Shown: positions 53,337 through 64,000 of the stretch, piece by piece | Layout of the letters: the number at the start of each line of letters is the position of its first letter | Position numbering within the stretch: the stretch's first letter is position 1 | Assembly: GCA_012295275.1 (NCBI GenBank) | Contig: CM022675.1 | Span: 15,562,001-15,626,000 of the forward strand | DNA from: Chrysomallon squamiferum | Taxonomy: Eukaryota; Animalia; Mollusca | Length of the DNA: 64,000 nt | Reading direction: 5' to 3' | The notes under the pieces: generated by a model | What the model was told of the DNA's origin: nothing | Databases searched by the model: none | The model's input: only the letters and a program-made list of their open reading frames with translations | Position numbers and translations under genes: made by a program

Positions 53337-54712
53337 GTGCAAACGTAGCTTCATTAAATAATTAATTAGTGTCCTTGTGAGAAACGTAAGAATTTCCGAA
53401 TTTAAAAATATATTTTAAAACACTTATATGAAAAGATAAGTTGTTTTATTTTTTAAAATTATTATTTATTTATTTATTTCATTTCGTTCATTTACTTGGA
53501 TTTTATTTTATATTTAAAGGTATATTATTAACAAAGAAAAAAATTAAAGAAAAAAATTAATTATCTAATCCAAAAATTCTGTTTTGGAGTAATCAAAATA
53601 TGTAGTTTACTTCTTTAAACATTTTTTATACCGGACATTTTTCGACCTATAGCATTATTATGATACCTATCTATCTGTCTATCAATCCATATTACCAGTG
53701 AGCTAAAACATTATTAGGGTTAATTCTAAATATTGACCAACCGTTGTTATTTTTCAGGAATTTTCATAATTTAATGTTTTATCCACTTATATACTGTGCA
53801 ACTATTCCGTTATAATAATAATAATATATTAAACGTTTCCAATTTATTTTACCTGTTTTTGGCAACTGCTTCTGTCTGGAACCAAATGTAAAAACTTAAT
53901 TATGTGACTTCATATCTATGAGAACAATTTTCAGTGTTGTGAGAGATGGATTGTCTTATGCTGCAAACCAAAAACAAAAAACAAAATATTTGTAAAAAAT
54001 GAAAAAAAATAAAAATAAAAAAAAAAAATCTCTTTTCTTTCGACAAAAGAAAGAAAAAGACTCTCCAAGATTTAAGTAAGATTTTCAATGTAATTTATGT
54101 ATTTACTAATGCAACTTATAATGCATCAAAAGTCATTATAATTATGTGTGATACATTTACAGGTAGCTTTGAAATTTAGATTCAACAGAGGTTTCACTAA
54201 ATATTTTGGTGTGATTGGTAATTCCATTGCTGCAAATACCAAATATATCTAAGGTCAGTCTATTTTGTGAAACCAGTCAATGCCGTCAAGGCGTAGATTT
54301 AAATTATATGATTACCGATTTATATTCATGTCTGATTTTATAAATTTTCTATTAGTAGTCAAACTTTTTGATATTTAAATTAATTTAGGAATTTATGCGA
54401 TTCTTTTAAGAACGCTTTACAATTATTAGTACCAGCACTACCATGACTTCAGCTTTAAAATATTTCTTAGCCTTAATCAAAGCACTGACATTCATAATTA
54501 GTTCCATTAAATGCAACATTTGTCTACGCTGTCGGAATTTAAACGGCGAACGGGTGAAAGGAGATAACTTTGTCCCGCCTATTTATTATATTATGCCAGT
54601 TCATCTGCAGACTGTTCTTTAAATTTCAGCCAAGTCTACGAAGTGAAGGAAATTTACAGCCGTACTTTTTAACTGTATCTATATATATATAGTTCATCTC
54701 TAATTTTCTACT

Positions 54713-54749
<37 letters not shown>

Positions 54750-56462
54750 GTCAGTATATATTTTCCCGCCAGTTTATGAAACTTGTGTGTTACTAATACT
54801 ACGTCACAGGTATGTTGTTTGATTTTTTAGTTTTAATTATTTTTTACAAATACTTTTGTTGTGAAATTTACGAGCTGGTATAATCAAACAAATAATAATA
54901 ATAATAATAATCAATCATCATCATAAACGCCAACATAAATTCACTGTGGTGCAGCAGAGAGCATTTAGAGATCATAAGCTAATGTTAATATTGTTAATGA
55001 ACGAAATTTTACAAATTATAAAAATCAGAGTTACCAAAATTGTGAATGACATAATCTGATTTGAATTTATTAAAGAAAATTGAAATACAAGTGTTTTCTA
55101 AATTTTAACTGCCAAAATATGTTCATTATTAAATATTTCTTTGATTTCAGTGACAACAATACTACTAATAAAAACATTCTTGACTGTTAAATTAAAATTT
55201 AAGATGGCGATTTAATTATGTTTAATTTTATTCTTATTTATTTTTCAGAATAACAATGTTTTTAAAATCTGGTGAGTATTTAATTAATTTTAGTCTACAG
55301 TTTCTTGAGTCACAAAACATATTTACATTTATTTCAATGTTTGTTTAACAATGGAATTAATATGTAATATTCTAAAAGAAGTTTATAAATTTTAATATTG
55401 TGTAATGGATGTTTATTCTGAATTTTAAAATTGTAAATATCAGTTTATCTATCTTGTAATTATATTTTCAAAAGATTATTAACTTCTGTAAATCTTGTAG
55501 ATTTTACATGTCCAGTGACCAATACATGTGAAGAGTCTGGAAATTATCAATTTAATATTTTTTTTTTTAAAAAAAAATATATATATATATTTATTTTTTT
55601 ATTTTCATTGTTACTATATTTTTTTTTTTGTTTTAACTGAATTTGTTTTATGAATCATTGCTATTAATTATTTTATGTATTAATTGTTTTATGTATTAGT
55701 AATTTTAAGTATTAAATAATTTTTATTATTATTATATATATACATTTTTTTAGCTGTGAAGAATAATTTAACTAAAAATGTCAGTTAATGGTAACTGACA
55801 TAATCATTTTAGAATATTACTGAAAACAGTGATCTAGATAAGACCTCACTGAATATTTCAAACATTAATTTGAAGAAAACTTTCTGCACTTCCATTTTAT
55901 TTTATGCTTCACAAAATCTTCTATTTACATTCTATATTAAATCAGCTAATCAATATTTTGTTAAAACAGGGAATCTGATTTATAACTGTCTGAGATATCA
56001 AACCAAAATACAGTTTAAAAATTCATATGTCTACTATCAGTGGCAAATTTACCTTCTTTCAACAAAAACAAAAAACATCTTAAATATTAAGAAGAAATAA
56101 AAAGAAAAATACAAAATAAAATTCTATATTTTTGCTTTCCAGTTTGATATGGATACTGAAGACAAACAATAAACACACATTTATTTTATCTGTACAGCAA
56201 TGTTTTAAGACACATCTTGCAGTGATAAACAATTAAAATCATGCACATGTACATTCTTTAGAAAATGAAAGAAATCATTTTTCTACTGCTGAAATAATTT
56301 ACTACTTAATTATCTTCAAGTTACAATGTACTGCTATCTTGGCAGTGAATATTTTACTTTGAATCAGTGACAGCTTTGAATATATTAAACCGCATTTTAA
56401 TTCTGTTATAATAATCTAATTTTATCCAAATTCTAAATTACATTAATTTAAAAAAATGTATA

Positions 56463-56504
<42 letters not shown>

Positions 56505-58841
56505 CTAACATGAATAAATGGATTAAAATATTAAACAAGCTGCTGTAATCAACTTTTTGTAATAATAAGAAAAAATATTGTTTAATTTTTGTTTTTAATT
56601 TATTTATTTATTTATTTTTTAGAGCACCATACCTTCCTGATGATGACATCAGTAATGAAACTGACAATAATAATGTACCTTTGAATGTGTTGTTTAGTAT
56701 TTGAACAGTAGTTGTTAATAAACAGAATTGTTCTGTCATTTACAACTGAACATTTTCCATATGTACATCAGACAAAAAAAACTATAATAATAATTATAAT
56801 AATAATAATAATAATAAAATAAAAAATAATAAAATAAAATTCAAAAAAGTAAAAGAAAGACAAGTGTTTAACATCAGCACAAATTATATTCATATTTTAT
56901 TTTTTAAAGAGATTGTGTACACCTTTTAAACTTTCTAGGTGTTCGTAACTGTATCCACCACAGTCTACTATTTTTTTTATTTTCAGTTTCTATTGATATA
57001 AAACAAAGAAAATAAATATTAACCTAAATCAGATAAACTAACTATTAACATAAGCCATAGAAAAATGTATTTCTTGGTCATTAGAAAAGGCTCCACTGGT
57101 AATAATGTTTTCATAACTGTTATTAAATATAGCTTGAAAACAAAATAAATGTATTCTTTTATTATTTTCCTTTTTATTTATTTACTTATTTATTTATTTA
57201 TTTATTTATTATTTTTTTTTTTTTCTTCAAAATATATGGTTTATCTTTATTGGTATTTTGCAGGTTTCATTCCAACAAGAAAACAAAATCTACAAGTTTT
57301 CATCAACGAGTATTTCATGTTTTTTTCTCAATGTATGTATAACCATCCATCAAACATTTTAACAGCCATATCTTCTTTACAAACAAATGAAACTGAAACA
57401 AATCCCATACAGGCAACTGATAACAGAAATATACATATCTAGTCTGATATAGTTATTATGTAAAAACAATATATTTACTTTGATATAATTATTATACAAA
57501 TGTCACTGTCATGATTAAATTTTTGTCACCTAATAAATTAAAAATCACTGAGGTGGCTTAAATATTCATTTGTTTATTTTGCAGCCTGCTAACAAGAGCA
57601 GAAAAAGATGGGGAAAGGACAGCTCAATTTTTACTTCAGAAAAAAAAAAAAAAAAGCAAATATATATACACACTTGTTTATGGTGATTGATTTTAATTTT
57701 TTGTAATTAGCCAATCAAAGTAAATTAATGTTTAGTTCCTAACTTATACATAAACTTTTTATTATTGTATTTCATTTTTACTTTGGAAAAACTAAAAAAC
57801 ATTGCAAATATCTGTACATATTTGTTTTATGATGATTAAATTAAATTTTTGGTAAATAACCAAAGTAAATTAATATTTTGACCCAACTTGTACATACTAT
57901 TTTTTATTATTGTATTTCATTTTTACTTTGAAAAAGAATGTAACATTAATAATAATAATAATAATAATAATGTAAATATCTGTACATAATTTTTTGTAAT
58001 TGGCCAAAGTAAATTGATGTTTTGTTTTTCAAAATTTTGTTGTTGTTTTTTTTCATTTATCAAACTCACAACATGAATTACTTAAATATTCTTAAAGATT
58101 TGAAAACTTAATGACTGAAAAATGAATTTTTCCTTTTTATTTAAAAATATCTGAAAATGTTTAAATAGATCAGTGGAAATTGTTTTTGTAATTTGAAATC
58201 CATACAAACTGTATTCACTTGAGAAACATAATTCCAAGTTTCTTTGTAAATATTCATAACATTTTGGATATATTAATTTTAAAAACGTTGAAGTAAAATA
58301 TTTTCAATAATGAGGATTTAACCATTAAAAAGCCTCTCAAAATGTGATGTTCAGTGATAGTTAAACATGTTTTTGGTTTACTGCATGAAAATTATGGGTT
58401 TTGGGCATTACAGGTGTGCACTGAAAATATTTGTCACCTAAGATGATTTTGTTTACTATTCATGAACCATGTTCCAGATTATCAGGCATGTCTGAAAATC
58501 CTGTAATGAAGCTTGACATCAAATGAATCAATATCTCAGGTGTCTAAATATTTGTCACCTAAGATGTTTGTTTAGTTCATAACTCAAATGAATCAATATC
58601 TCACTTTGGGCATCAAATTCCTATATGGGCTTGTTCATAAAAGTAAATAATTCATCTGAAAACTATTTTAGTGGTTTCACATTAGACAGAACATTAATTT
58701 TAGTAGATATGTTTTTTGGTTTATATTTTACACCTACAACAACTCTTAGGGAGAAGAAAACTACATATCTAACCAATGTTTAAACTAATCTTAGCTGTGA
58801 GTGTTTAACAATGCTCCATCTATTGAATCACTGTTTTATAG

Positions 58842-58872
<31 letters not shown>

Positions 58873-60657
58873 CACACATCTAATAATAATGTTAGTTGTG
58901 TTTCTAGATATAACTGAATTTTTAAACTTATACCACAATACATATGTAGATGCTTTTTGATAAACTTGTACTTTTTCAGTAAAATTACTTTTAACAGTTA
59001 CACATTCCACCCAATTTAAAACACGATTTTCTATTTCTGTTACTTGTATATATACTGTATATACTGTACTGATATTTCTATGTTATCAGTGTCATTTCTA
59101 TCAAGTATACAACAACATATCAATAAAAAAAGTTTAAAAATTCTAGTATTTAAATTTTATTTTTCACAACACATTTAAAAATGCTATATTGACTGTCAGA
59201 AGTGTTAACTCTATCTGTATAACAATGATGGTTCATTTTTTCTGGACACAAATGTTTTCTACATTTCAAAGTCTTGGAAAGAAAGAGTTCACTGAGACCA
59301 AAATGAGTGCCCTTCAGATCTTTCAAATTTTGCAATAACTGGTTAGGTCGTAGTGCAGTTTGGTACTTTCACACTGAGATGGTGATCATGATCATCTTTT
59401 CTTACATTTCTCTCCACTTGTGGTTATTTTCTTTCTTCTTTGTTCCCTTCTTATTTGCTGGTCTTGTTTCTGGCATAGAATAAGATGATATTGTCATGTA
59501 AGATTAACAACAACAACAACAACAACAACAACAATAGTATTAATAATTTATATCCTTCATATTTATTTTAAAATAAGATATAAAATAGTGGGGCTAATTT
59601 TCTTGTCATGCACCATCATAAACAAGTAAAAAAAAGAAATAAAAATAAAAGATTTACTTGACAATGTTGGCACTTGGAAAAAATCCACTGACAAATGTTT
59701 TCTTTATTATTTCTTTATCAGAGCATTGTGTTGACAGACTTCTTTTTTTTTATCCATTACCATATTCAACCTCAAAGTTTATTTTTAAATGACACTGACA
59801 ATAGTAATGGCTGCAGAAGATTTCATCTCTTGTTATGTTAATCATATATATGAAGCTGAACAGTTGCAGACTAAATATGCACTGTCTGCATTGTTAAGAG
59901 AAACTTTTCGTTTTTGTTTTAATTGTGAACATGCATTGGAGTAATGCACTATATTGGAATTTTGACTTCAGATATGAGAGAAAACTTCAGACTCGGTTAA
60001 TCATTGAATTTCCTTGACATAAATACTGTTGGAGACTAAAAAAAAAAGAAAAAAAAGAGGAAAAAATTAGGAATCTATTAGCTTTGAGTTTGAAGAACTT
60101 TTCTGACTGATGGAGTCATTCATGTTTGATCAGATTTTCCAGACAGAGAGAGGGAGAGAGAGAGCACATATAAACACATATAATGAAGTTATTCATTTTA
60201 AGTCATAGAATAGTTTACTTATTATTTTCTGTTCCAACTAGACATCCTCAATTCTAGCCATTTATATTTTATATTTTTTAAATAAAATCTTTGTATTAAA
60301 AGCATAAATCAAAAGAATGATAAAGAAATCGTCAATTCTGGTATGAGGCACTTGCCTCAAAGTAGTTAGTGCCATGCAGGTACAAATATTTTGACAACAA
60401 TATTTGTTTGCACCATCAAATACAAAAAAATATGTGACAAAACAAATACATGTAGTATATATTTAAAACTACAATAATAACTGTTTCATTTTTTCCTTCA
60501 CAATGGCTATTTTACATATTTCTTTTTAAAATGTATCTAAATGGTTCTAACAAAAAGTCTTAATCAGAGTAATTGTTTTATTCTACACACCAATTTTACC
60601 TAATAATAAAGTATGGCACTAATATATTAAGTCCAAAAAACTATATATATATTATAC

Positions 60658-63600
60658 CTGGCTCCAACATACACCTCTATGACACTGTCAACATTCAATC
60701 TGCATCACTCTTCAACATAAAGCCAAATGTAGCACTGAACATAGCTCCTGACATTACCTGAGTCACACACTTTGTAGATTTCTGCTAACAACAAAAAAAA
60801 ATTAAAACAATAGACAGTTAACGAGTTAAATTATACTTAAACAGATCTCTTTGTATGAGCTTGAACTGGTTTTTTAATATAAATTTAACTTTAATGTCCT
60901 AACAGTAATAATAATCGTAGTCATCATCATCATCATCATCATAATATGAAGAGTAAATCTATTAAGTAGTCACTGGTTATAATATAATTATCTGCAACAA
61001 TGATACTGAATTTTAACAAATATTCCACCTATTCTGATAACTATTAATAGAAAGCAACAGTAATCATAAAATAATATTGTTAGTAAAATCTAATGAAATA
61101 ATGATTCAAATTCTGCATATTTGGACCTATAAAATGCAGACAAACTCTATACTTTAAAATTAAATTAAATTTAATGATTTAATAAAAATGTTTTTGTAAT
61201 AAATATAAAAGTAAGTATTAGTACATATTCATTCTCACAATTTTGGCTCTGAACTAGTAAAATCTGAATTATTGTAAGTTTTAATTTTAATTTTAATTTA
61301 ATGATTCAATGACAATATTTTTGTAATAAAGTTATAATTTATTTTATTACTAAAAAATATAAAATTAGTAAAATATGTAAAAAAATTACCTGCTCACATT
61401 TTACAGTTGGTGGAAGCTGTTTAAGCAAGTAAACCAGTCTATTTGGAGTTGTAACCAGTCTATATGAAGAGAAAAAAAAAAAAAAAAAAATTTTAAATAA
61501 TTGTTTTCATGAAATAACTGAAAACTAAATAATAATTAATAATAATAACATTTTGGTTAATAAATGCCCTTGCCCAAAAAATTTAAAAACAAACACATGC
61601 TTAGTTTTATTAAAGAAAACTTTTTAATAGATATGCTAGCTTTCTCTTTGTAGTGAATTCTGAAACCTTGCCCCTCAACCAGCCTTTTAAAGTCTCTGGT
61701 CATCTTTTAATTTTTTTTTTTTTTTTTTAAATTCTGCAAAGAAAAAATGCAGGCACAAAGAGAATAGGTTTTAGAAATTAAAATTAATCAGAATTTTACA
61801 AAACAGATCCAAACATGTTCATTTACTCAAAAACAATCCATGAATTAAATGTGTAAAAATCTTATTGAAAAATACTAAGAAAATAATGATATTTATTAAA
61901 TGTAGATTTTTTTATTTTTTTTTTTGCAAATACTGAAAACAAATTTAAGTATTCAATCTATATAAAGAAGTGAAATTTTTATTTTATATTATTTTATTTT
62001 TGTGGGAAGGAAAGGGCATAACCATCTAAACAATACTGTCATCAAGTAAATTTGAAACCTGAGGTTTCTAACCTGTTTTGCTTATTCCATGACAGGTGTG
62101 AGGATGAAAGCTTGGAATCATGTTGCATTGTTTTTTGAGATGATGGAGAACTAAAATAATTAAAGTTGCAGTTTTATCTGAACCAGTAGGTGCACATACC
62201 ATCAAATCTCATCTCTGAAGCACAATTCACAAATATTAATAATATAAGACATATTTCAAAATTAGAGTAGGGAAATTATGTAATCCATCAAGGGTTTCAG
62301 AAATGGAAAAGGAGTTTATGTAAAATGTAAAAGTAACTAACAACAAACAAGCTGTATGTGACCCCTAATCAGTATTTACATGCTTGAAAAGAGTAACAGT
62401 AAAATAACAATTTATCCTAAAAGTTGTATCTATATGAAATCAACAATTGTGTTATATGAACTGCTATTGTGATTAATATTCTTGTTCTTTTTTTTATTTT
62501 TATTAAAACTGCAAACTGTTTGTGAAACAAGGGCAAAATTAATAATAAAAAAATATTTAAAATGATCAAAAATACATCACTACCATCAACACCAACAAAA
62601 ATAAAAAGCAAGCATACACACACGTAACATAACAGGGGTGGCCTGAATCTGTATGGGTGTGGGCATGGAGTAGCCCACTGAGTTGATGTTTTCTAAAGTG
62701 TTGGATGTAAACTGCGTCCACTCTGCAGCTGAGCGAAACTGTTTACTGGATCAGGGATGTCAGTAAACATGCATAAATGATTAATCTCTAAAAGAAACAA
62801 TAATTAAAAATGTGTAAATAAATAAAAAATGTACCAAAAAAATAAATCTTTTTTTTTTTTAAATTTAAGTTTTATTATTATATTTTTAACTTAAAGTTCT
62901 AAAAATAACTATTTTGTTGTTTTTTTTCTCTCCAATTTCTCAGCATGGAAGATAATTTCCTGTATATTTCTTTTCAGATTTCTTATATTACTATAATATT
63001 TTGTTGTTATATCAAAGTTATAACACATATATTTAGATTTATTTTGTTTGCTTATAATCACCATCAGAACTTTTATTTATAGTATTTTAGTAATCTTAGA
63101 CATAAATGTTAGTTTTGATTTTTAAACCATACCTCCTGTTTCAACTCAGCTAGTGTAGTTCTTGTTCTTTTCTTCTTCTTCAGTCTGTTTGAAGTCTGTG
63201 GATCAAGGTCTCTTTATGAAGTGAAGTTACCAAGGAGATGAAGTTCAGTCTCTTCAGCCTCCTTTTCATTATCAGACTCTTCGATAGAGTCTGATTCATT
63301 TTTATCAGACACTTCACTATAGCTGTCACTCTTGTCTGATGAATCAGATAATTCAACTGTTGATAATAAAGTTAAAATAAAATAAAAATACCAACCAAAT
63401 TACTTAATAAATAAGGAAAGAAAAAAGAATGAAAGATAGGAAGGAAAGAAAAGAAAATAATAATAGAAAAAAGTATTCATTGTATTTTCACATAAATTTT
63501 TGCTGCAGCCATATTTTTTATGAATCGATTATTAAAAATATTTGTAAAATTATTCATTGTCATGAAAAATAAAAATATTAAATCAAACATAATGCTTTTA

Positions 63601-63810
63601 CTGCTAGATGGACTGAACTAACATGACATCCATATTTATATAATAAATCTGAAACCAAATTTATTTAGATCACCATTTTTCACTTTCTTGGATTCTTTGG
63701 TTTTCTTTATATCTGACTTTCGTTTCCTTTCTGTTGTATGTCAATACAATGAGTATTTTTAAATGAATCATTTTGTAGTTTCTCTCTTGTGACTGAATAG
63801 GGGAAAGTAT
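60658..63810 (-). pseudogene. DDX52: Intron-containing DEAD-box helicase DDX52/ROK1 pseudogene (partial)
   Basis: Exons encode TDIPDPVNSFAQL..LENINSVGYSMPTPIQIQATPVML (62787-62624), CAPTGSDKT (62214-62073), EGQGFRIH (~61700-61610), LVTTPNRLVYLLKQ (~61460-61390) and AMFSATF..CRLNVDSVIEVYVGAR (~60790-60658). In-frame stops (e.g. 63214-63216) and frameshifts are present. Confidence 0.88.
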
Positions 63811-64000
63811 CTGAAATTTAAAACCAAAATGTATATTACTAGTCTCGGTTTGACGGTTGTTTTTAAAAAAAAAAAAAAAAAAAAAAATTATTTTAATGAC
63901 ATATCAGCATCTTTCACATAATCAATTGGTAACTGTATAACGTAATTTTTAATTTTAATTTTTTTTTTTTTTAAACATGACAAAACATAGTCTCTGCAGT

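Larger units (their letters stand above)
42945..57565 (+). repeat. Segmental duplication copy B (longer, with extra insertions)
   Basis: Colinear with 26750-33065 but interrupted by Tc1, Tigger and other inserts. Confidence 0.85.

Overview
AT-rich, microsatellite-laden eukaryotic genomic DNA with spliceosomal introns. The gene families and repeat style suggest a mollusc, possibly a cephalopod (inference). Almost all ORFs in the supplied track are artefacts of repeats. Real content: (1) a ~11 kb 40-bp satellite with a homogeneous core and diverged flanks. (2) A 10-exon type I membrane receptor gene (18981-24139: signal peptide, C-type lectin domain with a WSC domain inserted in it, second C-type lectin domain, mucin stalk, TM, Tyr-rich ITAM-like tail). 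Its exon 2 is frameshifted as assembled, and a truncated paralogue lies at 14.3-15.4 kb. (3) A tandem segmental duplication (~26.7-33.1 kb vs ~42.9-57.6 kb) carrying two intact EGF + 2x ShK-like exon sets whose last coding exon has diverged faster than the neighbouring intron. (4) An intron-containing DDX52/ROK1 pseudogene on the minus strand (60.7-63.8 kb). (5) Many DNA-transposon fossils (Tigger/pogo, Tc1, hAT MITE, ISL2EU-like, Chapaev3-like) and local duplications/minisatellites. All alignments and counts were done by eye.
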